From Methanotrichaceae archaeon (GTDB taxonomy: Archaea > Halobacteriota > Methanosarcinia > Methanotrichales > Methanotrichaceae): a stretch of 64,000 bases of DNA. Of the stretch, positions 41,702 to 51,462 are shown one piece after another (position 1 is the first letter of the stretch; every line of letters starts with the position of its first letter). Location of the stretch: NCBI GenBank assembly GCA_963803145.1, contig CAWDLW010000015.1:64001-128000 (forward strand), in the 5' to 3' direction. Made by a program: the position numbers and the translations under genes. The notes under the pieces are model-generated. The model saw nothing but the letters and a program-made list of their open reading frames with translations, was not told where the DNA came from and did no database searches.

Positions 41702-42180
41702 ATAAAATTGGCGGAAGGATTTAGGAAAAATTCATCCTCCAAAAATATTATGCCCCATCCGAAGATCGTCGCAGTGCTGAAGGAAACAATAACATCTGGC
41801 AGCTATTCGACAGGATGATCTTTGTGGATCCAGTGAACATTCGCAGATGCTAAGGGTGCAGCTATATTGCCATTACTACTATTAGGATTGATTATCTCTT
41901 TAAGGCTGATATAAAGAAGGCATCCGCTGATGTGAAATCCGACGTTAGGGCCGGTACAGAGAAGTCGAGAGCTGAAGCAGAGCGCCAGAGCGCACATGCG
42001 AAAGCTGATGCCGAGAAAGCCAAGGCTGATGCTGAAAAGGCGAGGCACACTTACTAAATAGGATGACTAATTAGGGCAACTGGAGGATGCCAGAGGTTTT
42101 CAGCCTCTGGAACTCTTGTCCACAGATTGTTTTTACGTATTCCCTAAAATATCCCAAACGGCTTTCCTTTATTCTAGAAG

Positions 42181-43644
42181 CTATACCCCAAGTTTGAGCA
42201 TCTGCCAAATCTTCTCCATATCCAGGTTGGCCTCAACGGCATTCGCAAGCTCATCGAAGCCTTTGCCTTGAGGAAAGGCACAAACTTCTCTGACGAGGTT
42301 TCTGCGGCTATAGAGATAATCCAAAAATGCATTCCTGAAGTTCTCATTCTCGAAGATCCCATGTAGATAGGTTCCGATCACAATGCCGTTTCCTCCCACA
42401 GCACCATCATCCCCGAAGGCAGCTTCGTCTGAATGCTCTGTCACGCCCATATGGATTTCGTATCCCGAAATCTCTTGACCTTTAATCGCATTCAAAATCG
42501 GTCCGCTTCCGGTGACCTTCTTTTTGACTTGAACGGTCTTCTTTTCGTAAAGATCAAAACGAGTGATCGAATTCAAAAGGCCCAGCCCTGTGATGGTACC
42601 GTTTATATTTTCTATCCCGGAATCCACAATCTCCTTTCCGATTATCTGATAACCTCCGCATATACCTAAGATTGGCGTGTCTTTCAGCTCTAGTATCTGC
42701 CTATCCATCCCAGCGTTCTTCATGTCTTCTAGATCGGAGACTGTGTTCTTGGTGCCGGGGATTATGACAGCATCCGGCTTTCCTAGCGGTTCTCCTAGGC
42801 CGATGTATCTTACACGTGCATATGATTCCAATGGCTCGAAATCTGTGAAGTTAGATATCCGGGGAAGCTTTATGACTGCGATCTCTACAGCATCCTTTAT
42901 GTCTTTGCTTTTATGCTTCTTATCCCCCAATGAGACAGAATCTTCTGAAGGAATTGCTAACTCCAGATAAGGCAGAACGCCCAATATGGGAACGCCCGTC
43001 ATCTCCTCAAGTGATTTCAGTCCAGATCCTAGGATAGCGGGATCTCCGCGGAACTTGTTTATCACCAGGCCCTTTACAAGCTTCCTGATATCCTCCGGCA
43101 GAAGCTGGATTGTTCCAAAGAGGCTTGCGAAGACTCCACCACGTTCTATATCGCCTACAAGAATAATAGGTGCCTTCAGATGCCTTGCAACATAGATGTT
43201 TGCAATATCTCTATCGTATAGATTTATCTCAGCAGCACCACCAGCACCTTCAACGATGATATAATCATAGTCCTGCTCGAGCTCATTGATAGATCTATCC
43301 ACGTTCTCCTTCAGCCCTTCAATAGATCGGTAGTACTCCTCGGCAGATTTGTCAGCCACAGGCTTCCCTAGAACTATAACCTGAGATGTTCTGTCGCCCT
43401 TGGGTTTGAGGAGAATAGGGTTCATGAACTCAGTGGGTTCAATTCTTGCTGCCCAGGCCTGCACTGCCTGAGCGATACCGATCTCGCTGCCGTTTGAAGT
43501 TACCCAGGAGTTTAGACTCATGTTTTGTGACTTGAAAGGAGCGACTTTGCAGCCGCGATTGGATAGCAATCGACATAGTGCAGCTACGAGTGTGCTCTTG
43601 CCGGAGTGGGATGTAGTGCCGAGGACTATGATGAACTTGGCCAT
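42181..43644 (-). CDS. cobQ: Cobyric acid synthase
   Basis: GTTSHSGKS, PFKSQNMSLNS, MNPILLKP, EGAGGAAEINL, ISNFTDF, GICGGYQ, GTYLHGIF. Confidence 0.95.
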   Translation of the reverse strand: MAKFIIVLGTTSHSGKSTLVAALCRLLSNRGCKVAPFKSQNMSLNSWVTSNGSEIGIAQAVQAWAARIEPTEFMNPILLKPKGDRTSQVIVLGKPVADKSAEEYYRSIEGLKENVDRSINELEQDYDYIIVEGAGGAAEINLYDRDIANIYVARHLKAPIILVGDIERGGVFASLFGTIQLLPEDIRKLVKGLVINKFRGDPAILGSGLKSLEEMTGVPILGVLPYLELAIPSEDSVSLGDKKHKSKDIKDAVEIAVIKLPRISNFTDFEPLESYARVRYIGLGEPLGKPDAVIIPGTKNTVSDLEDMKNAGMDRQILELKDTPILGICGGYQIIGKEIVDSGIENINGTITGLGLLNSITRFDLYEKKTVQVKKKVTGSGPILNAIKGQEISGYEIHMGVTEHSDEAAFGDDGAVGGNGIVIGTYLHGIFENENFRNAFLDYLYSRRNLVREVCAFPQGKGFDELANAVEANLDMEKIWQMLKLGV

Positions 43645-43854
43645 GATCGGTCTCAAATGCAATTCAAGTTTATTTGTCTTTTGGAAGGTGGAGTTTGGTT
43701 AATCCTGCTATATATCTCCTTATAAAGGACAAACTTAATTTTATAATTACCCAAAGTTATGACTCGAAAGATCCTTTAAGAACAGATGTAAATTAAACAG
43801 TAAATCAAAAGAAAAGGTAATACTAGGGATTACAGAAATAGAATTTTTCAGAGT

Positions 43855-44151
43855 TTATCCAAACAGCGTCCCCATCCCAGCCTCAGCAGCTTCCGATTGC
43901 TCCCTGAAGGCCTTCATCATCGCCTCCCCCTCAGCGCCCGTCATCTCCTTGGCAGTCGATTCAGAAAGCAGTTTCTTAGCCTTCTGGGCCAGATCATCCC
44001 GGGCTTTGATATACATGCAAAAGCCGTCCTTATCTATGCCCATGAATTTGCATTCCATAACCGTTGGGACGATCTCATCGAAGAGCTCGTCATCTAAAAC
44101 TTTCTTCATGGCCTTCTCGTTTTCCGTGCTGTAAAAGTAAACCAGTTCCAT
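43855..44151 (-). CDS. Small hypothetical protein with P-stalk-like C-terminal tail
   Basis: 98-aa ORF co-oriented in the operon, AGGTGA RBS upstream; ends EQSEAAEAGMGTLFG. Confidence 0.8.
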   Translation of the reverse strand: MELVYFYSTENEKAMKKVLDDELFDEIVPTVMECKFMGIDKDGFCMYIKARDDLAQKAKKLLSESTAKEMTGAEGEAMMKAFREQSEAAEAGMGTLFG

Positions 44152-44162
44152 TATCCAATCAC

Positions 44163-44372
44163 CTAAAGTTCTTCTTTCGCTTTCTTCAGCTGCTCAGTGC
44201 ACCGATCCATGAGCTCCGCCGCTTCTACTATATCCGAGGCGGCCTTTTTGCTTATCTCTTCTACCTGCCTGGCCCTCTCTCTGAACGATTTGCTGTGGCT
44301 CTCATTGTGCTCAATCCAGTGCTCCAATAGATGTTCAGCCTCTTCTTTCTTCAATTTCATTACACCGCCCAC
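44163..44372 (-). CDS. Small helical His-containing protein (possible metal-binding)
   Basis: LLEHWIEHNESH motif. Confidence 0.75.
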   Translation of the reverse strand: MGGVMKLKKEEAEHLLEHWIEHNESHSKSFRERARQVEEISKKAASDIVEAAELMDRCTEQLKKAKEEL

Positions 44373-44384
44373 CGCATAATAACT

Positions 44385-44440
44385 TCAATACCTTCAGCGT
44401 CAATACCTTCAGCGTCAGTACCTTCAGCGTCAGTACCTTC
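44385..44440. repeat. 15-bp tandem repeat, about 3.7 copies
   Basis: TCAATACCTTCAGCG x2, TCAGTACCTTCAGCG, TCAGTACCTTC; the last copy is the idsA 3' end. Confidence 0.92.
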
Positions 44441-45410
44441 TGCCGATCATATAATCAGCGAGGCTTAGCAAAAGGTTTTTTGCAGGCGAGTCAGGAAGAA
44501 CATCAAGAGCGCGTTTGCCCCTCTCCACCAGATCTACAGCCCTAACCCGGGCATAATCTATTGATCCGCTCTTCTCAAGAACCGAAAGCGCAGTTTCAAT
44601 CTCTTCTGGCCCGGCATTCTTCCTGCCAAATACATCCAATTCGACCCCATGGTCAAGGGCATGGATTATTATCAGTGTCTTCTTGCCTTCTATTAAGTCT
44701 CCGCCTCTTTTCTTTCCCAGAACCTTCTGAGAGGCTGTCAAATCAAGGACATCGTCCTGAATCTGGAAACCCATTCCAGTAAGCCTGCCGAACTCATCGA
44801 GTCCATGGATTATCTCAGAAGAAGCGCTTGATAGGATTGCACCAATGCTCGCTGATGCGCCATAAAGCACTCCTGTTTTCTTTTCAATCATTTCCATGTA
44901 CTCGGGCTCTGTGACGCGGGTCCTGTGCTCGAACTCGAGATCCAGCCATTGGCCTTCGCATATGGCTGTGCAGGTCCTTGAAAGCTTATCCATTGAAGTG
45001 AGAACCAGCTTTGGATCAACAGGCGTCATGCCCAATATTTGGAAAGCCTTGGAATAGAGCGTATCGCCTGCAAGAATTGCACCAGATGCTCCCCAGAGCG
45101 TATGTACAGCCGGACGACCTCTGCGGATGTTTGCATTATCCATTATATCGTCGTGGATAAGGGTGAAGTTATGCACAAGCTCAATTGAGATTGCCGCAGG
45201 CATAAGCACTGTTGGATCTCCGCCCGTAGCTTCAGAAGCAATCAAGAGCATCGAAGGCCTGAGCCTCTTTCCGCCAGCATCAACTAGATGTCTGCTGGCT
45301 TTGTATAGCTCTTCTGGGTGCGCTATCGGCAGAAGCTTTTCTATCGCGTAGAATATAGGGGCAGCACGCCTCTCCAGCTCTTTATCGATCATCATTTCAG
45401 CCCTAATCAA
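44430..45410 (-). CDS. idsA: Geranylgeranyl diphosphate synthase
   Basis: GGKRLRP, HNFTLIHDDIMD, GQWLD, KKTG, FQIQDDVLD. Confidence 0.93.
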   Translation of the reverse strand: MIRAEMMIDKELERRAAPIFYAIEKLLPIAHPEELYKASRHLVDAGGKRLRPSMLLIASEATGGDPTVLMPAAISIELVHNFTLIHDDIMDNANIRRGRPAVHTLWGASGAILAGDTLYSKAFQILGMTPVDPKLVLTSMDKLSRTCTAICEGQWLDLEFEHRTRVTEPEYMEMIEKKTGVLYGASASIGAILSSASSEIIHGLDEFGRLTGMGFQIQDDVLDLTASQKVLGKKRGGDLIEGKKTLIIIHALDHGVELDVFGRKNAGPEEIETALSVLEKSGSIDYARVRAVDLVERGKRALDVLPDSPAKNLLLSLADYMIGRRY

Positions 45411-46743
45411 TCAGTAGCTCTTGGCCATTTCTGACCAGATGAACATTTGAGCCCAAGCTGTAGCCGGTCTCCTCGGCCATCATGAGATATTGCCCATGCG
45501 TCGCCAGAGTTCCATGGCTAGGTATTACATGCTCAGGGTTTATCATCCTCAGGAGCTCCCAATGATCCTCGCGGCAAGCATGGCCAGAGACATGGATATT
45601 ATCGTAGATTCGAGCGCCTCGCATCTTGAGCTTTGTCTCGATCGTGTGGCGGTTAGATATATTCAGTGGCTGGGGTATTATACCAGCACTGAAGATCACC
45701 TTATCGCCGGATTCCACCAAGTAATCAGTTTCTCCATTCGCCACCCTGCTCATAATTGCTCCGGGCTCACCCTGATGGCCTGTCATTATAGGCAGGTACT
45801 TATCCTTTCCCTCGTTCATGATTCTCTTCATCGCCTTGTCTATATTCTTTCGGCGACCGTAGACCAGCAGGTCGTCATTTTTCTCCGCATAACCTGTTCT
45901 TACAGCGGTGTTCCAGTATTTCTCCATCGACCTGCCGAGAAGCACAGGCTTTCGGCCCATTTTACGAGCGGCCTCGATTATAGCCTTAATTCGGGCTATA
46001 TGTGATGAGAATGTAGTGACCAATATGCCCGATTTCGACTCCTCTGTACCGATGAGCACATCCCAGACTAGGTCCTTGGCTATCTGTTCTGATGGCGTCT
46101 TGCCTGATATTCCAGCATTTGTTGTCTCTGTTATAAGTGCGAGCACCCCATTCTTTCCAATAGCTCGCAGCCGTGCGAAATCCGGAGGCTCACCGATAGT
46201 CGGGGACCTGTCGATCTTAAAATCATTGGCGTAAAGTATAGTCCCCTTGGTAGTGTGGATGGCAGCAAAAACACAGTCAACTATGCTGTGCTGCACTCTG
46301 ACGAACTCGAGTTCAATGTCGTCTGTGACCTGATGGCTCTTGCCCGCCTCCATAGTTATGACAGGATTATTCACTCCGAAGATCTTCTCGGACTTGATCT
46401 CTTGATTAATGAGATCTGATGTGAATGGCGTGGCAATAATTGGCGCCTTATATTTATGCGCCAGCTTGGAGATCGCACCTATATGATCCAAGTGACCATG
46501 AGTACAGGCGATCGCCCTCACTTTGCCGTTCACGTTTTGCATTATGCTATCATCAGGTATAGCCCCCATGGCAATCAAGTCCGCTGAATGAAGCGTCTCG
46601 ACATCTGTATCCTCATGGATCTGGACTCGGTCGAGCCTGATGCCCATATCCATGATAATGATATCATTACCTATTCTAATGGCGGTCATGTTGCGACCAA
46701 CTTCGTCGTAGCCGCCAACCGCTATAACTGCTATATCGTTCAT
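45403..46743 (-). CDS. rnj: Ribonuclease J (archaeal beta-CASP)
   Basis: GGYDEVGRNM, THGHLDHIG, TFSSHIAR, HVSGHA. Confidence 0.93.
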   Translation of the reverse strand: MNDIAVIAVGGYDEVGRNMTAIRIGNDIIIMDMGIRLDRVQIHEDTDVETLHSADLIAMGAIPDDSIMQNVNGKVRAIACTHGHLDHIGAISKLAHKYKAPIIATPFTSDLINQEIKSEKIFGVNNPVITMEAGKSHQVTDDIELEFVRVQHSIVDCVFAAIHTTKGTILYANDFKIDRSPTIGEPPDFARLRAIGKNGVLALITETTNAGISGKTPSEQIAKDLVWDVLIGTEESKSGILVTTFSSHIARIKAIIEAARKMGRKPVLLGRSMEKYWNTAVRTGYAEKNDDLLVYGRRKNIDKAMKRIMNEGKDKYLPIMTGHQGEPGAIMSRVANGETDYLVESGDKVIFSAGIIPQPLNISNRHTIETKLKMRGARIYDNIHVSGHACREDHWELLRMINPEHVIPSHGTLATHGQYLMMAEETGYSLGSNVHLVRNGQELLID

Positions 46744-47828
46744 TTTGACAACTCTCTGTAAATAGAAAAATTTCTTGCATCGTAGTCACGTAGATCAAAC
46801 CATTCCTTAGTCCTTCCAAAAACTACGAAGGGTATCTTCTCTAGATCCGCTAGGTCTTTACAGCCTGTAAGAAACATTGAGATTTTTAGCGCTCTTAGAT
46901 ATGCCTTCATGTTATCCAAGACAAATTGAGAACCTCTAGTTGCAGGTGCGAGCATTGGAAGGGCAGTTCCAGCCAGACTTGCTCCCAGAGCCAGACTTTT
47001 GGCTACATCTAAGCCACTTCTAACTCCACCAGATGAGATCACTTCAGCCCCTGAGCGTTTGCATTCGACTATACTCACGGGCGTTGGTATTCCCCAGCTC
47101 CAGAATAGCCTTCCCATCTGCTCGGATTCGAAATCTTCAACTTCCTCAGCCCTATATGCTTCAACCCCAGACCAGCTTGTACCTCCGACGCCTGAAACAT
47201 CAATGATCTTAACTTTAGCCTTGACAAGTTCTAACGCTGTCTCCCTAGATATACCTGCGCCGGTCTCCTTTACAATTATTGGAATACGGCCAATTGCAGC
47301 AGATCTTATAGACTCCAGAACTCCGGAAGCATCTTTATCACCCTCCGGTTGGATGCTCTCTTGTAGGAAATTTAAATGAACCGCTATTGCATCAGCATCA
47401 ATCATTTCTGCGAGGCGTTCGAGGATTTCGGGGCCAGATCTTCGAAGCTGTACAGCGCCGATATTTCCAATAATCGGAATGTCAGGGGCAGCATCTCTGA
47501 CTGCTGAGAAAGTATCCACTTGTTTAGGATCCTCGATTGCTGCCCTCTGGGAGCCTATGCCCATAGCTATTCCCATCTCCTGTGCAGCTCTTGCGAGGTT
47601 TAGGTTTATCTCCTTCGTATCCGGATGGCCGCCCGTCATGGCGCTGATGATGATAGGGGCATTGACCTTTTTGCCAAGGAAGCTGCAGCTCGTATTAACC
47701 TCAGATTCGCTTATCTCAGGCAGAGCTTTATGGATTAATACAACATCATCAAATGGCCTATACTTAGATTCAACATCCTTCTCAAGGCAGATCCTAATAT
47801 GATCCATCTTTCGCTCAGATGTCGTCAT
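46740..47828 (-). CDS. fni: Type 2 isopentenyl-diphosphate isomerase
   Basis: RKMDHI, AMTGGH, GSQRA, HLNFLQE, KETGAG, GGTSW. Confidence 0.95.
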   Translation of the reverse strand: MTTSERKMDHIRICLEKDVESKYRPFDDVVLIHKALPEISESEVNTSCSFLGKKVNAPIIISAMTGGHPDTKEINLNLARAAQEMGIAMGIGSQRAAIEDPKQVDTFSAVRDAAPDIPIIGNIGAVQLRRSGPEILERLAEMIDADAIAVHLNFLQESIQPEGDKDASGVLESIRSAAIGRIPIIVKETGAGISRETALELVKAKVKIIDVSGVGGTSWSGVEAYRAEEVEDFESEQMGRLFWSWGIPTPVSIVECKRSGAEVISSGGVRSGLDVAKSLALGASLAGTALPMLAPATRGSQFVLDNMKAYLRALKISMFLTGCKDLADLEKIPFVVFGRTKEWFDLRDYDARNFSIYRELSK

Positions 47829-48577
47829 GCAGATCTCCGCACAATGGTTCCAACATGCTCGCCCTTTAGCGCCCGTGTGATCAAACCCTCTTTTGAGGCG
47901 TTGAATACAATCGAATTCGAGCCCGTGTCCGCAAGATCCAGAAGCTCTAAAAGTTTGCCTCTCATTCCGCCTGTAACATCAACGGCGGAACTTCCACCTA
48001 AAGCGCTGCCCAGCTCAGGCAATCGTTCTCTGGTTATCTCCTTCAGCGGAGCACCTTCGAATATCACGCCGTCTCTATCTGTGCCAACGGCTATAACCTC
48101 GGCCTTCAGAGCCTTTGCCAAATAAGATATAAGCTGATCTCCTGAGACTATCCCCGCGCCATGAGAGATATCCATTGCAACATCTCCATGGAGCACAGGC
48201 AAAAGACCTCTTTTTACCATCTCGGCTATCGGTTCAACGAAAAAATCCTTAATTCTACCACTTTGAAGGATCATTGATGATAAGGGATGAACTGGCATTG
48301 GATTTGCGCCAGCTTTGGCGAGTGCATCCACCACAAGAGAGTTCAGCTTGGCAACACATGAGTGTGTATTTCTTAGCCCTTCTGGATCAAACTTTCCTGG
48401 TAAACCGTACTTCTTTGCGGGCGCATGACCAAAGGAGCCAGCTCCATGGATGAAGATGAGATCCTCAGGGGACTGTACGATCTCCTCAGCGACACGCTCA
48501 ATCTCATTCATGCGAGCACTGGCAGGGCGTGCCTTATCAGTTAGTATGCTTCCGCCTATCTTCAGAACCTTGATCAT
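47825..48577 (-). CDS. ipk: Isopentenyl phosphate kinase
   Basis: LKIGGSILTDK, HGAGSFGH, SGDQL, DVTGGMRGK. Confidence 0.92.
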   Translation of the reverse strand: MIKVLKIGGSILTDKARPASARMNEIERVAEEIVQSPEDLIFIHGAGSFGHAPAKKYGLPGKFDPEGLRNTHSCVAKLNSLVVDALAKAGANPMPVHPLSSMILQSGRIKDFFVEPIAEMVKRGLLPVLHGDVAMDISHGAGIVSGDQLISYLAKALKAEVIAVGTDRDGVIFEGAPLKEITRERLPELGSALGGSSAVDVTGGMRGKLLELLDLADTGSNSIVFNASKEGLITRALKGEHVGTIVRRSA

Positions 48578-48583
48578 CTTTCA

Positions 48584-49531
48584 TCACTCCAGCCTTACTC
48601 CCTCGCAACCTGTTCTAACTGAGAATGCGCTTCCTCTGGCCTGATGTATGGCAGTAGTTATGGATGAAGAATCCCCTCTTGAAGGCAGAGCGATTATACA
48701 TCCGCCACCTCCTGCGCCGGTAAGCTTTGCCCCTAGTGCCCCACCAGCTCCACGTGCGGCATATACAAGATCGCTCAGCTCTCGTGTGCTGACATTTATG
48801 GCTTCTAAGAGCCCGTGGTTGATATTCATCAGTTGCCCCAATTCAACAAGGTCCCCATCTTTTATTAGGGGAATTGCCCTAACGGATATGGTTCCAATAG
48901 CACTGAATATCAGCCTGACAATATCTGGGTAGCGCTGTAATAAGCTCTGAACTTTCTGCACCTCAGATCTTGTATCGTGCTGTCTCTCTGTATATCCTAC
49001 TACCATAACTATTTCTGGCAGATCTATCTTCTGGATCTTGTCAGAGACCTGCAAATAGCCTCCGTGAGTGGCAAGTGCAGTATCCATTGGGCTTGCCATT
49101 CCTTGTTGCACCTTCTTTTCAATATTATATGCCTGAGTTGCGATATCATCCTTGGATAATCCGATATTCATGTGCTGATTTAGGGCTGTGAGTGTGGCCA
49201 CAACTATTGCAGCCGATGAACCTAGACCCGCAGCAGGCGGGATTTCAGACTCAACCTTAACCTTGAGATCCTTTGAGCCGAACTCGTTTAGAACGGCGGA
49301 AACATATCTGACTGCTTGCAGCGCTTCTTTAGAATGGATTTTGCCGGTGAGAAGATCAACGGAAAAGCCTTTAAGCGTTAGATTACATGCCTCTACTTCC
49401 GTTCTGCCGGGCGCGCTTTCTATGGTAACTTTGGCACGAAGATCAATTGCAGAACCGAGTGCTGACGAACCTGAGACGACAGCATGCTCCCCAAAAAGTA
49501 TGATCTTGCCGGGAGCAGATGCTACAGTCAG
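48584..49531 (-). CDS. mvk: Mevalonate kinase (full ORF is longer than the track; apparent CTG start)
   Basis: Open frame from CTG49531: LTVASAPGKIILFGEHAVV...PPAAGLGSSAA...KLTGAGGGG. Confidence 0.9.
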   Translation of the reverse strand: MTVASAPGKIILFGEHAVVSGSSALGSAIDLRAKVTIESAPGRTEVEACNLTLKGFSVDLLTGKIHSKEALQAVRYVSAVLNEFGSKDLKVKVESEIPPAAGLGSSAAIVVATLTALNQHMNIGLSKDDIATQAYNIEKKVQQGMASPMDTALATHGGYLQVSDKIQKIDLPEIVMVVGYTERQHDTRSEVQKVQSLLQRYPDIVRLIFSAIGTISVRAIPLIKDGDLVELGQLMNINHGLLEAINVSTRELSDLVYAARGAGGALGAKLTGAGGGGCIIALPSRGDSSSITTAIHQARGSAFSVRTGCEGVRLE

Positions 49532-49543
49532 AAGAAGGCCCCC

Positions 49544-50338
49544 TCAAGTAAAGACTATCGCCCCGTATCCAACGACTTGGCTAAAGTCGCCTATCGCATC
49601 GCCACTCGTTCCATAGCGCAGGAGCTTGCCGCTAGTAGCGCCCAGGATGCGCGAAGCGGTGATTGTAGCTGCAATAGGGCCATAGCCGCAGGCAGTGGCA
49701 TTATATTTATAGACCCGGGCGTATAACTCGGATATGTCCATGTTAAGAATTGCTTCTATGAGCTTCGCGTCTGTCCGTCTTGCTACCTCTTGAGGCTCAT
49801 AATGGGTGAAGTCGCTGCTGGCTATGATTGTGCAATTGCGCTTGGTATCGTTGATGGCCTTCGCAAGAACCTCGCCAACCTCGACAGCAGTCTCCTGATC
49901 TTGGAGACCCATAGCTATCGGCAGTATCTTAAACCCTTGAAAACGGCTCTGGAGAAATGGTATCTGCACTTCAATGGAATGCTCATGCTCGTGTGCAGTC
50001 TCATCGTAATCGATTATGCTGCCAGCAATAGCATCAGCCAGCTCCTGATCAACTTCCACTTCTCCCAAAGGCGTCCTCCACGAATCTCGCGATAAAGCAA
50101 TTGGCGCGCCTAATCCATGATGATTAGGTCCAAGGATTATGTAAGTCTCTCTTTTTGGCAGGCGCGCATAGGCTTCAGCAGCCACGGCGCCTGAGTAAAC
50201 ATAGCCTGCATGAGGGACCACGGCCCCTAGGACCTGCAGCTCCTCATGGCTCACGCCTTTGAATAGCTCGTCTAGTTGATGCTTTAACGAAGCAGCACTT
50301 CCGGGATAGAACTGACCGGCTACAGCCGGAGACCTCAT
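49544..50338 (-). CDS. MEMO1-family protein
   Basis: RSPAVAGQFYP, PHAGYVYSG, GPNH, EHSIEVQIPF, SSDFTHY, CGYGP. Confidence 0.93.
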   Translation of the reverse strand: MRSPAVAGQFYPGSAASLKHQLDELFKGVSHEELQVLGAVVPHAGYVYSGAVAAEAYARLPKRETYIILGPNHHGLGAPIALSRDSWRTPLGEVEVDQELADAIAGSIIDYDETAHEHEHSIEVQIPFLQSRFQGFKILPIAMGLQDQETAVEVGEVLAKAINDTKRNCTIIASSDFTHYEPQEVARRTDAKLIEAILNMDISELYARVYKYNATACGYGPIAATITASRILGATSGKLLRYGTSGDAIGDFSQVVGYGAIVFT

Positions 50339-50341
50339 AGA

Positions 50342-50962
50342 TCAAAACTCCATCTCGAAATCTGAGATCGTATACTTGAACCTGCTCTCCTCGCCACGCT
50401 CGCGTAGCACCTGGCGGGCCAAGAGCCAGTAAATGAGCGTTAATGCCTTTCTGCCTTTATTGTTCGTTGGTAATACTAGATCGACATTCGATGTCATGTT
50501 GTTGGTATCGCAGAGGGCGATGACAGGAATACCCGCATCCACTGACTCATTGACCGCTTGGGCATCGCCGCTTGGATCAGTTGCTATGAGCGCATCGGGC
50601 TCGAGGAAGCCTTTGAAAGCCGGATTTGTCAGCGTATTGGGAATGAACCTTCCGACGTTTGCAATGGCTCCAATGGCTTTTGCGAACATTGTTGCTGGCC
50701 TTTGTCCATACTGCCTTGCAGATACTACTAATATCTTCGATGGTTCGTAATTTGCAAGAAATTTCGCTGCCAAGCGAATCCTCTTATCAGTGGATTGTAC
50801 ATCCAAGACGTAAAGGCCATCGGTCCTTACCCTGTAGATATAGGGCATCATATCGCTCGTCTTCTGCTGAGTACCAATATGCACGCCTGCTGCGAGATAC
50901 TCATCAATTGGTATGAGAGTCTCGTATTCACCCTCTACCTTTATCACCTCATCTTCTTCCAA
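50342..50962 (-). CDS. rps2: 30S ribosomal protein S2
   Basis: [34 protein letters not shown]. Confidence 0.97.
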   Translation of the reverse strand: MEEDEVIKVEGEYETLIPIDEYLAAGVHIGTQQKTSDMMPYIYRVRTDGLYVLDVQSTDKRIRLAAKFLANYEPSKILVVSARQYGQRPATMFAKAIGAIANVGRFIPNTLTNPAFKGFLEPDALIATDPSGDAQAVNESVDAGIPVIALCDTNNMTSNVDLVLPTNNKGRKALTLIYWLLARQVLRERGEESRFKYTISDFEMEF

Positions 50963-50983
50963 CTAATTCACCTACCTGATTGT

Positions 50984-51157
50984 CTACCCGCGTTTTACGG
51001 TTATGGGTATTACGCCCAACTTCATCTCTTCAAGAGCTATTTCGAGAGGGTCAATAGATTTAGTATCGATGAATATAGGGGCGCCCATGAAAATCTGTAA
51101 AGCCCGTGCTCCGACTATTCTAGCACGTTCATATCTGGTATATTTCTTACCCTTCAA
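50984..51157 (-). CDS. rpoK: RNA polymerase subunit K (Rpo6), missed by the ORF track
   Basis: Manual translation [27 protein letters not shown]...[20 protein letters not shown]; TTG start after GAGGTG. Confidence 0.93.
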   Translation of the reverse strand: MKGKKYTRYERARIVGARALQIFMGAPIFIDTKSIDPLEIALEEMKLGVIPITVKRG

Positions 51158-51184
51158 ATAGCCACCTCAAAAGGAAGAGCATGA

Positions 51185-51259
51185 TGGGGTTGCTGAGATT
51201 CGAACTCAGGTCACAGCGTCCCGAACGCTGTAGGATGGACCAGGCTACCCTACAACCCC
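51185..51259 (-). tRNA. tRNA-Pro (CGG)
   Basis: GGGGTTG/CAACCCC acceptor, CAGCG-TTCGGGA-CGCTG anticodon arm, GTTCGAATC T-loop. Confidence 0.95.
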
Positions 51260-51270
51260 CTTTTCCCTTT

Positions 51271-51456
51271 TTACTGGTACCGCCTGAGCGTTTCAACTAT
51301 CTCCACGTGGGAGAGCAGCATACGCCTGCAACAGTATCGCTCTATGCCCAGATCATCGAGGACTTTGCCGGAAGGCTCTGTTTTTGTGCGCTCCCGAAAC
51401 TCCTCCCAAACGTGAGAGATAACTTTTCCGCAAGAGAAACATCTGACTGGAATCAA
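51271..51456 (-). CDS. rpoN: RNA polymerase subunit N (Rpo10)
   Basis: [21 protein letters not shown]. Confidence 0.96.
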   Translation of the reverse strand: MIPVRCFSCGKVISHVWEEFRERTKTEPSGKVLDDLGIERYCCRRMLLSHVEIVETLRRYQ

Positions 51457-51462
51457 GCCCTT

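Noticed and set aside
44385-44440. Possible mini-CRISPR
   Set aside because: Contiguous 15-bp units without spacers, and no cas genes in the window.
49532-49546. Selenocysteine recoding of the MEMO1 TGA
   Set aside because: The TGA is at the normal MEMO1 C-terminus, no SECIS was seen, and the position is not a Cys-equivalent.
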